Notes under the pieces: generated by a model
Database searches by the model: none
Seen by the model: only the letters and a program-made list of their open reading frames with translations
What the model was told of the DNA's origin: nothing
Part shown: in pieces, positions 8,314-15,385 of the stretch
Layout: each line of letters begins with the position of its first letter
How positions within the stretch are numbered: position 1 is the stretch's first letter
Made by a program: the position numbers and the translations under genes
DNA from: a virus
Taxonomy: Duplodnaviria > Caudoviricetes
DNA: 34,554 bases
IMG/VR virus record: IMGVR_UViG_3300030330_006468
Location: 1 to 34,554 of that record
Direction: 5' to 3' (one strand)

Positions 8314-8354
8314 TTTATTCTCCATAGTTTCGATTGTGGTTAATCGTGTTTAGT

Positions 8355-8729
8355 TTAGTAAAGTGATGATATAAATTCTCTTATATCTGAATCATTAGCA
8401 TCTCTTAAAAGATCCATATATAAAGTAATTAATCTAGCAAAATCTCTATGATCCAGATCAAACTGATTTAAGACAAATACTTGATTTTTCATCATGATAG
8501 AATCAGCAATTTCTTCAATCTCTTTTTTACTAGTGTTCTCAGTATTTAAAAGAAATTGTATATTAGCTCCTTTTCTTGACTCAATTGATTTAATGGCCTT
8601 AATGATAGAACAAACCATATCTACATTTAGATATTTAGTATGCTTACTAATTACAATTGGATTATCCTTTACAGCTCCAAATACATAAAAAATGATTAAA
8701 GAGATAACTGATAAGATTAATAAAAACAT
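8355..8729 (-). CDS. Hypothetical protein with N-terminal TM
   Basis: GAGGAG SD; hydrophobic first 20 aa; part of the leftward early operon. Confidence 0.75.
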   Translation of the reverse strand: MFLLILSVISLIIFYVFGAVKDNPIVISKHTKYLNVDMVCSIIKAIKSIESRKGANIQFLLNTENTSKKEIEEIADSIMMKNQVFVLNQFDLDHRDFARLITLYMDLLRDANDSDIREFISSLY

Positions 8730-8732
8730 TAT

Positions 8733-8966
8733 TTATTCCTCCTCTTTTGCTGAAGCAGTTCTGATTTCATCAAATGAAAGTGTAACTCCTGTTAATTTTT
8801 CAAATGAATCAACTAATAAAGCAGCTTTATCAATGCTCATATTGCTTTTTAATTGATTGTTTAAACTCTGTTTTGATACATTCATGCATTCTGCTAAATC
8901 ACATAAAGTATAATTATGATAGATTAAAACAGATTGGATTTTTCTCTGTAGTAAGTTTTTACTCAT
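8733..8966 (-). CDS. XRE/Cro-like HTH protein
   Basis: TLCDLAECMNVSKQSLNNQL helix-turn-helix; AAGGTG SD. Confidence 0.75.
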   Translation of the reverse strand: MSKNLLQRKIQSVLIYHNYTLCDLAECMNVSKQSLNNQLKSNMSIDKAALLVDSFEKLTGVTLSFDEIRTASAKEEE

Positions 8967-9211
8967 TTGTTCACCTTTTTAGCTTCTGAATATAAAGAAT
9001 TAAGAATATGAATCATCATCATTTTATTATATGAAGAATCGTATAATCCAACAAATGAAGTATAAATGTTTTCTTCTTTAGAATAAACGGTTCCATAAGC
9101 AAAATCGAATCTAAATAGATCAAGATTCAGATAGTCTTGATATCTATCTGCATGCTTAGCAAGTTGTTTAACAGAGTAACTTTTAATAGTGCTCTTTTTT
9201 AGCTGTTTCAC
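8963..9211 (-). CDS. Hypothetical early protein (GTG start)
   Basis: Strong AAAGGAGG SD; first gene of the leftward operon; ATGA overlap with the next gene. Confidence 0.75.
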   Translation of the reverse strand: MKQLKKSTIKSYSVKQLAKHADRYQDYLNLDLFRFDFAYGTVYSKEENIYTSFVGLYDSSYNKMMMIHILNSLYSEAKKVNK

Positions 9212-9249
9212 TTCATCCTCCTTTAATGAGTGATTTTAGTTGATAAACA

Positions 9250-9279
9250 ATAGTAAACAGATTCTTTTACTATAATCAA
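9250..9279 (-). promoter_or_regulatory. Leftward early promoter (TTGATT-18-TACTAT) containing the inverted repeat ATAGTAAA-N8-TTTACTAT
   Basis: Sigma70-like boxes; predicted start falls on the ATCAACT leader motif near 9244. Confidence 0.55.
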
Positions 9280-9306
9280 GTATTTTTTTACAATAGAATA
9301 AAAAAC

Positions 9307-9335
9307 TTGTACAAAAGATCTTTTTAGTATAAATT
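9307..9335 (+). promoter_or_regulatory. Rightward early promoter (TTGTAC-17-TAAATT) containing the palindrome AAAAGATCTTTT
   Basis: Sigma70-like boxes; predicted start falls on the ATCAACC leader motif near 9341. Confidence 0.55.
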
Positions 9336-9378
9336 AAGATATCAACCAAAATCATTTTATTCAAAGGAGGATAAAGAA

Positions 9379-9948
9379 ATGATTAAAGAATTCCAGTTGA
9401 GAGATATTATCTTGACTAGTTCAAAACTAAATCCAAGCTCTAAAGTAGTTATGCTCACTTTGTTAAAGTTTAGCTGCTGGAGCTCCTGGAGTTTAACAAC
9501 TACTCATAAGTTTTTAAGCGAGTATTTAAAAACAACTTCTATTTCTACAGTCAAAAGATCTTTGAACAATCTTAAAAATATTGGATGGATTTCAACTAAC
9601 TCAGAAAAAAGAGGGTCTAAAAATGATCCTACGATAATTAAAATAAATGTAACTTTAATCACTAAAAGCTTAACGGGTCAAAATGAACCCTTAAGAGGTC
9701 AAAATGAACCCTTAAGAGGTCAAAATGAACCCTTAAGAGGTCAAAATGAACCCTTGCAAGAGGTCAAAATGAACTCTTTAACGGGTCAAAATGAACTACA
9801 TAACAACTATAACAACTATAATAACAATATTAACAATAAAGAAGATTACTATAAACTCCTAAGAGAAGCAGAAGAATTAAATATTCCAATTCATAAAACT
9901 CAATCATTTATAAATAAAAGACTGGAGGCTATTCAATGCAGAAAATAG
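9379..9948 (+). CDS. Replication initiator (lambda O-like, N-terminal winged HTH)
   Basis: SISTVKRSLNNLKNIGWI wHTH motif; internal iterons; followed by a DnaC-like gene; AAAGGAGG SD. Confidence 0.85.
   Translation: MIKEFQLRDIILTSSKLNPSSKVVMLTLLKFSCWSSWSLTTTHKFLSEYLKTTSISTVKRSLNNLKNIGWISTNSEKRGSKNDPTIIKINVTLITKSLTGQNEPLRGQNEPLRGQNEPLRGQNEPLQEVKMNSLTGQNELHNNYNNYNNNINNKEDYYKLLREAEELNIPIHKTQSFINKRLEAIQCRK
9676..9840 (+). repeat. Replication origin: six GGTCAAAATGAAC iterons plus an AT-rich unwinding element
   Basis: Copies at 9676, 9697, 9718, 9739, 9762, 9784 (spacing 21, 21, 21, 23, 22), then a G-free TAACAAC-type tract to about 9840. Confidence 0.85.
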
Positions 9949-10814
9949 ATTTTAGTGAGTTATCATCATTACTCGAATCTTTAAAAAGATCTATTCCAGA
10001 ATCTTCTCCTCCTCCAGTTTATGAAGATTATTCTGATATCTCTGCTGATCAATTGCATACAAAAGGATTTATTAAAAAGGGTGAATCCAGATACATCATA
10101 GCAGGAGAAGTTCCTTGTAGTTGTGATTTTGGATATAGAACGGAATACAAAGGGAATGTATCAACTGCATATCCATGTAAAAACTGTTATCAACTTCTCA
10201 AATCTTTGCAAAGAATACAAAGAGCACATTTACCAAATGATTCTTTAGAGTGTTCTCTAGATCAATATATCTTTGATTCAGCTGCACAAAAAGCAGTAAT
10301 AAGAGAAATGATAACAACTTCTTATCCAAATCAAACTCCATCACTTTTTATGTATGGAGGAGCAGGAAATGGAAAGACAACTATTAGCTATATCTTAGCA
10401 AAATATTTATGTCTTAATGGATATCGTGTAAAATATATCCATCATTATCATGAATTTCAAAAAGAGAAGAAGAGCTGGAGTAGTAACCAAAGTCATTTAG
10501 ATCAGCTTTTAGATAATGTAGATGTTTTAATCTTTGATGAATTTGGAGGATTAGGAGGAAGGTCCAGCTATTCAGATTGGTTTATAAATACTACAATCGA
10601 GTTGATAGGAATTATGTATGAAAAATTCAGATCAGGACAACTTTCTATTATCTTAACTTCTAACATGAATCCAAATGATATATTTAAAAAGTTACTCGAT
10701 CAAAATCATATGGCATTAAGCAGATTAGAGAACATCTTCGGAAATCCTTTATTTATGAAGGGTCCAGATAGAAGACCTAAAGGGAATCAAGTCTCTAAGT
10801 GGATTCAGCAGTAA
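9936..10814 (+). CDS. DnaC/IstB-like AAA+ helicase loader
   Basis: CSC...CKNC Zn site, Walker A GGAGNGKT, Walker B LIFDE, IILTSN, SRL and GPDRR motifs. Confidence 0.88.
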   Translation: MQKIDFSELSSLLESLKRSIPESSPPPVYEDYSDISADQLHTKGFIKKGESRYIIAGEVPCSCDFGYRTEYKGNVSTAYPCKNCYQLLKSLQRIQRAHLPNDSLECSLDQYIFDSAAQKAVIREMITTSYPNQTPSLFMYGGAGNGKTTISYILAKYLCLNGYRVKYIHHYHEFQKEKKSWSSNQSHLDQLLDNVDVLIFDEFGGLGGRSSYSDWFINTTIELIGIMYEKFRSGQLSIILTSNMNPNDIFKKLLDQNHMALSRLENIFGNPLFMKGPDRRPKGNQVSKWIQQ

Positions 10815-11256
10815 TAAATTTAACTTCCACTCCATTCTCTATTAAATAATGAACTCCAGCTAAAGAATAATAAGAGCACTTAGGAACAGCTACTAAAGAT
10901 ATTCCTGAGTGATGAATATATTTAGCACATGATAAACATGGATAAGTACTTATGATAATTGTACAGTTATCTAAACTAATTCCTTTTTTAGCTGCATTAC
11001 AAATACTATTTTGTTCAGCATGTAAGCAACCAATTTCAATAGATTCTCCACTCTTGATTTTTTGATTATCTCTTAAGCATGCATTTAATCCGCAGTAATC
11101 TCCAGGAGCTCTTCTAGGAGTTCCATTATATCCAGCTGATACTGGATTATCATTACTATCAATAATAAAAGCTCCTACTTTTCCCCTAATGCAAGGAGAT
11201 CTTTCTTTAATAAGATTACAATGTTTCATCCAGTGAACGAGCTTTTCTTCTTTCAT
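10795..11256 (-). CDS. dCMP deaminase (ComEB/DCTD family)
   Basis: C...KVGA, GYNG, HAEQN and PCLSC motifs. Confidence 0.93.
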   Translation of the reverse strand: MKEEKLVHWMKHCNLIKERSPCIRGKVGAFIIDSNDNPVSAGYNGTPRRAPGDYCGLNACLRDNQKIKSGESIEIGCLHAEQNSICNAAKKGISLDNCTIIISTYPCLSCAKYIHHSGISLVAVPKCSYYSLAGVHYLIENGVEVKFITAEST

Positions 11257-11968
11257 TTAAAAATTCTTTCGAGTTGTGGATTTTAAAGTTTTCATAGTCT
11301 AAAATAATTTGTAAAATTTCAGATAGATCTGAATCAATAGAGTTCACATGATTTAAAACATCTCTAGCATAAAGCTGTATTTCCTTTTGAGCATCACTAG
11401 CAAGTCTTAATCGTAAAAAGTTAATTAAAGCATGTAAGGAACAAGTCCAATAACATTCACTCATTAGGGCTAAAGGGAGTACTGATCTAGCTTGTTCTCT
11501 ACAAACTCCAGCTTCTAAAAGTTCGTTATAATGAGCATAAGAAAAATTGAGAGCAGATCTATAAATGCTTAAGGCTTTACTTTGATCTTCACAATTTAAG
11601 TCTTCTCCTGATCCTTGTTTAATTGATTTATCTGGAATCGATCTAAAAGCTTCAGGAGTATAAAAATTAGAATCAAATTTTATATATCTACCACTTTTTT
11701 GATTCCAAGCACACCCTACTTGATGCTTCATCCATTGATTTAAAACAAAGATAGGAGCTCGAATATAGAAAGTAAAATGCATATGTCTAAAAGGAGAGGT
11801 ATGATCTGATATCCAAAGATATTCTATTAAATGTCTATCCTTGTTTTTAAACTCTTTATCATTCCTCATTCCAAATGAAACCCTTGCAGCATTTACAATA
11901 TCAAGAGCTGCTTCTTTATCGTATTTGATCAGTTTAACATTCTCTTCATAGTTAATTTTATTTGTCAT
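11216..11968 (-). CDS. thyX: Flavin-dependent thymidylate synthase
   Basis: IVNAARVS, HTSPFRH, APIFV..QW.KHQVG..WN..SGRY, EQAR.VLP, F..LR....AQ.EI; ATG at 11968 preferred, because the 12028 start overlaps the RHH gene and its promoter. Confidence 0.92.
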   Translation of the reverse strand: MTNKINYEENVKLIKYDKEAALDIVNAARVSFGMRNDKEFKNKDRHLIEYLWISDHTSPFRHMHFTFYIRAPIFVLNQWMKHQVGCAWNQKSGRYIKFDSNFYTPEAFRSIPDKSIKQGSGEDLNCEDQSKALSIYRSALNFSYAHYNELLEAGVCREQARSVLPLALMSECYWTCSLHALINFLRLRLASDAQKEIQLYARDVLNHVNSIDSDLSEILQIILDYENFKIHNSKEFLNERRKARSLDETL

Positions 11969-12010
11969 ATAGAATCTTTCCTGTATAATGTAAAGCAATG
12001 TAAAATACAT
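11962..12010. promoter_or_regulatory. Divergent thyX / RHH control region: TTGTCA-16-TATAAT on +, ATGTA half-sites and the palindrome ATGTAAAATACAT
   Basis: TTGTCA 11962-11967, TATAAT 11984-11989, ATGTA at 11988 and 11998, TACAT at 12006. Confidence 0.55.
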
Positions 12011-12026
12011 GCAAAAAAAGGATATC

Positions 12027-12245
12027 ATGAAACATCAAATAAGCATAAATTTATCTGAAGAGCAACTTGAAAAGATAGACCAATTTGCTAAAAATGAAAA
12101 AACAAATAGAAGCCAATTCTTAAGAAATTTAATTGATAAAGAGCTAGAAAGCTTTGATACTGCTGCTATTTATACAATTGCAGTTAATAAAAAAGGATAC
12201 ATAAGAGTAATTAATACTGAAGAAGGATCTACAAATGATCAATAA
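12027..12245 (+). CDS. Ribbon-helix-helix (CopG-like) transcriptional regulator
   Basis: ISINLSEEQLEKIDQFAK...NRSQFLRNLI is a classic RHH pattern; AAGGA SD before ATG at 12027. Confidence 0.85.
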   Translation: MKHQISINLSEEQLEKIDQFAKNEKTNRSQFLRNLIDKELESFDTAAIYTIAVNKKGYIRVINTEEGSTNDQ

Positions 12246-12597
12246 AATAATTTTAATGGGTAAAATTACCACAAGTCCAGAATCTACAACTACAAGCAAT
12301 AATCTTTTGATTGCTAAAATGACAATTGTTTCAAGCGATTCAAACGGAAAAGAAACAAAAATTCCTGTTAAGTGTTTTGGAAAAACTGCAGAAATAGCTT
12401 TAAGTTTAAACTATAATGATATTGTATTAGTAGAAGGAAAGCTGGATAATAACATCTATACTAATCCATCTTCTGGAGTATCTTATGATAATTGCAGTGT
12501 AATAGGATATACTGTTAGAAAAATTGGATCTAATCAACCAAATCAATCAAGTCAACCAAATCAATCAAATGAAGTTAAAGAAATCATTCCTTTTTAG
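12235..12597 (+). CDS. ssb: Single-stranded DNA-binding protein
   Basis: MINKIILMG, FGKTAE and VLVEGKL motifs; N/Q-rich linker; C-terminal IPF. Confidence 0.9.
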   Translation: MINKIILMGKITTSPESTTTSNNLLIAKMTIVSSDSNGKETKIPVKCFGKTAEIALSLNYNDIVLVEGKLDNNIYTNPSSGVSYDNCSVIGYTVRKIGSNQPNQSSQPNQSNEVKEIIPF

Positions 12598-12609
12598 CAG
12601 GAGAATATC

Positions 12610-13017
12610 ATGAATGATTCAGAAAATTACAGTAATAATCATAGAGGGAAATACTGCAAAGAAATTACTTCTGCAATAGAAGCAGGATTAAAGGCTGGAA
12701 TAACTATAGTTGCTATTTGTGGAGAAGTCGGAATCAGTGAAAAGACTTTTTATAATTGGAAAGAAAAATATGAAGAATTCAGAATTTTAGTAGATTCTAC
12801 CAGAGCTCCTTTTGAAAGAAGAATGTTAGACTATATAGAAAAAAAAGCTTTCGAAGATTGGAGGGCTGCAAAGTTTCTACTTGAAAGAAGGTATCCAAAT
12901 GAATGGGGAATGAATCAAAAACTTGATTTAAATGTGAATCAATCAAATGGATCAGCAGAAGTTATTTCTTTTATGAAACAAGTTAAAGAACTAGAAAAAA
13001 AAGAAGAAGGATCATGA
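12610..13017 (+). CDS. Terminase small subunit-like HTH protein
   Basis: C..VGISEKTFYNW HTH; DWRAAKFLLERRYP.EWG; lies upstream of TerL. Confidence 0.7.
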   Translation: MNDSENYSNNHRGKYCKEITSAIEAGLKAGITIVAICGEVGISEKTFYNWKEKYEEFRILVDSTRAPFERRMLDYIEKKAFEDWRAAKFLLERRYPNEWGMNQKLDLNVNQSNGSAEVISFMKQVKELEKKEEGS

Positions 13018-13337
13018 GAAGAAAAATAAGAACAAAGGAAGAAAATGAAGCATTAGATTCTATAAAGTCTTTCCTTCATTTAGATCAGTGGAATAAATCC
13101 AAGTATCCAAAAAATCAAATCTTTATTAATTTAGATAATGGAGAACAATATAATTTAATAGATGTAATGTTGCATGATTCTGATACGACAGATTTAAAAA
13201 GTTTTAAGGTTTTAATTTATGCTCTTCAATATGCAAGGTTTTCAAATGATCAAGATAGTATAGAGTTGTTTTATAATGAGGTACCAGCAAACTATATTAC
13301 ACTAGAAGAGTTACAAAAAACAAAGACCGATCTTTAA
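13014..13337 (+). CDS. Hypothetical protein
   Basis: ATGA overlap with the upstream gene; no recognisable motif. Confidence 0.65.
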   Translation: MRRKIRTKEENEALDSIKSFLHLDQWNKSKYPKNQIFINLDNGEQYNLIDVMLHDSDTTDLKSFKVLIYALQYARFSNDQDSIELFYNEVPANYITLEELQKTKTDL

Positions 13338-13351
13338 AAAGACCGGCCTTT
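13315..13351 (-). terminator. Intrinsic terminator on the minus strand
   Basis: AAAGGCCGGUCUU-UUUA-AAGAUCGGUCUUU-GUUUUUU: 13-bp stem with two G:U pairs that are A:C mismatches on +; U-tract only on minus. Confidence 0.75.
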
Positions 13352-13387
13352 ATCAACCACAATCATTTACTACAAAGTAGAAAGATT
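13315..13387 (-). ncRNA. Putative ~70-nt trans-acting antisense small RNA
   Basis: Promoter-like element and terminator enclose no ORF; body is complementary to the leaders at 9340-9369, 9231-9245 and 8331-8344. Confidence 0.6.
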
Positions 13388-13392
13388 AATTA

Positions 13393-13420
13393 CTTATATC
13401 ATGAATTTTAAAAATAACAA
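13393..13420 (-). promoter_or_regulatory. Putative sRNA promoter (TTGTTA-16-TATAAG, with extended -10 TGn)
   Basis: Minus strand reads ttgttatttttaaaattcaTGaTATAAGtaatta; AT-rich context lowers specificity. Confidence 0.45.
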
Positions 13421-14021
13421 AATAAGAATTATCACTCAAAGAATCCATGATTACATTTTATTTAGAATGATAGCGATCTTAAAAGCTTCAGACTTGGGAA
13501 GATTTCACTCAACTAAGAAGAGTTATTTTTTTAGTGAGAATATAGGAATAGAATCTAGTCTAGGGTTTTGTGATGGTAGTTTGTTTACTACTGAAAAATA
13601 TGAAAACTCACAAGGATATACATCTAGTAAAAAAAATCCAGATGATACTCTATATATTGAAATGAAAACTAAAAGCTCCATTGATCACTCTAAGCAATCT
13701 ATCAAAGCAGCAATTGAATCTATTTACACCGGAGAAGCCAAAGTAAATCCTAAAATCTATAATTATAATCATCTTGTCATTTTAGGAGTTTACACTAAAT
13801 CAGAAAAGGATAGATTTGATTTTAGTAGCTCAAAAATCCTTTTAAAATTTGGAGATCATTCAAGATCATACTGGACTAATTATTATACACTAGATGAATG
13901 GAAAATGATTTTAATGGAGGCTAATTCTATAAGCAGCCTTTTTAATGTCTTGGGACATGATGTAATGAAAGCAGAAGATCTTCCTAAATCTGCTATTGAA
14001 TGGAATCAAGATAGATTATGA
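13401..14021 (+). CDS. Hypothetical protein, possible PD-(D/E)XK nuclease fold
   Basis: FCDG...LYIEMKTK; ATGA overlap with TerL; start codon uncertain because there is no SD. Confidence 0.55.
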   Translation: MNFKNNKIRIITQRIHDYILFRMIAILKASDLGRFHSTKKSYFFSENIGIESSLGFCDGSLFTTEKYENSQGYTSSKKNPDDTLYIEMKTKSSIDHSKQSIKAAIESIYTGEAKVNPKIYNYNHLVILGVYTKSEKDRFDFSSSKILLKFGDHSRSYWTNYYTLDEWKMILMEANSISSLFNVLGHDVMKAEDLPKSAIEWNQDRL

Positions 14022-15385
14022 GCACTCCTATTTTAAACGAATTACAAACTAGAGTTATACAAGGAATAAAAAATGAAGATCAAGTAATAGGTGCTAGGTG
14101 TGGTTGGGGTTCTGGAAAAACTTCTGCTTTAGTGTTTGCAATCTGGAGTATAAGTTGGTTGCGACCTGGAAGAAGTAGCTTAATAGTAACTGATACAGCC
14201 ATGCGCTATAATTCTGTACTATTTCCAGAAATGGAAAAATGGTTAGGCCCTTTAGGATGGATTTATAATCATACTAATAGACTTTGGACTGATCCAAATA
14301 CAAAATCTAGTGTATATTGTCGATCCTATTTTAGACCAGGAACAAAAGATTCTACACATAATCCACTTGAAGGATTAAATATAACCTCTGGAGTTGTCTT
14401 AATAGATGAATGTCAAACTTTAAAAGAAGAAGTTGCTTATAAAGCTTTAGGCCGTTTGAGGTCAGGACCTTCTCCAATTATGATTTTAGTAGGGCTTCCT
14501 GTTTTGGATGCTTGGTGGATTAAGTTAGCAGAAGAAGCAGATTGCAAGCCCTTACTTTATACTTCCTATGTAAATCAATCTAATCTCTCAGATGCTTGGT
14601 TTGAGGCTACAGAACTCCTTCCAACTGAAGAGCGGCAAGCTATGGTATTAAATGAACCGGCTCCAAGACATGGATTAGTATATTCAGAATTTAATCATAA
14701 GATTCATGTAATTGATGATTTTGAATATAATGAAGATATGCATGGAAAGATTTCTATAGACTTTGGATTTAGAAAGCCTTCTATTTTAATTATGGTCTAT
14801 GATAAAGATCGAGATGCAACTATAATCGTAAATGAAATCAATCCTCAAGAGGTTACAATAGAAGAAGTTTCGAGACTGATTTTAAAAGTTGCCTATCCAA
14901 GATCCTTAAAAAGTGATAAGATAAAAAATAAAATATGGTTGGATAGTGGAGTAGCTGATAAAGCAGGAAAATCAAGAAGTGATCAAACCGGCTTGAGTGC
15001 TTTTAGATTAATCAAAAGAGCTCCAGAAGATGGAGGAATAGGACTCCCTTTAAAAACAACTACAGATCAGCAAAGAACATCTATCATAAATGGAGTCCAA
15101 AAATTAAAAAGAGCTTTTCATTCTAATAAATATTTTATTACTAGGGAAGTATGGAACAAGGGAGATAAAGCAGCAGGAAATTCAATAAGGAAAGCTTTGC
15201 TCTCTTATTCATGGTCTAACAATAAAGAAGAGCCTGTAAAAGATGGTAGAGAAGATCCTCTTGATGCTCTAAGATACGATTGTATTTTTCACTACTGGAG
15301 CGATTCACACAGAAACTATGCTAATAAAAGTAAAAAATCTTTAATTAGTTCTCATCTAAACTCTAAAAGAAAGTTGAGTTTTTAA
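14018..15385 (+). CDS. terL: Terminase large subunit
   Basis: Walker A GWGSGKT, Walker B VLIDE, nuclease motifs SIDFG and DPLDALRY. Confidence 0.93.
   Translation: MSTPILNELQTRVIQGIKNEDQVIGARCGWGSGKTSALVFAIWSISWLRPGRSSLIVTDTAMRYNSVLFPEMEKWLGPLGWIYNHTNRLWTDPNTKSSVYCRSYFRPGTKDSTHNPLEGLNITSGVVLIDECQTLKEEVAYKALGRLRSGPSPIMILVGLPVLDAWWIKLAEEADCKPLLYTSYVNQSNLSDAWFEATELLPTEERQAMVLNEPAPRHGLVYSEFNHKIHVIDDFEYNEDMHGKISIDFGFRKPSILIMVYDKDRDATIIVNEINPQEVTIEEVSRLILKVAYPRSLKSDKIKNKIWLDSGVADKAGKSRSDQTGLSAFRLIKRAPEDGGIGLPLKTTTDQQRTSIINGVQKLKRAFHSNKYFITREVWNKGDKAAGNSIRKALLSYSWSNNKEEPVKDGREDPLDALRYDCIFHYWSDSHRNYANKSKKSLISSHLNSKRKLSF

Noticed and set aside
8494-8989. Two plus-strand ORFs (8494..8688 and 8804..8989)
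   Set aside because: Antisense to SD-bearing genes of the leftward operon
9676-9796. Regular short repeats as a mini CRISPR array
   Set aside because: Intervening sequences are 8-10 bp and nearly identical; the repeats lie inside an initiator gene and fit iterons
12530-12570. TCAACCAAATCAATCAA twice, similar to the leader motif
   Set aside because: It encodes the QPNQS linker of SSB, is one base short of the motif and is not adjacent to an SD; kept only as a weak possible sRNA site
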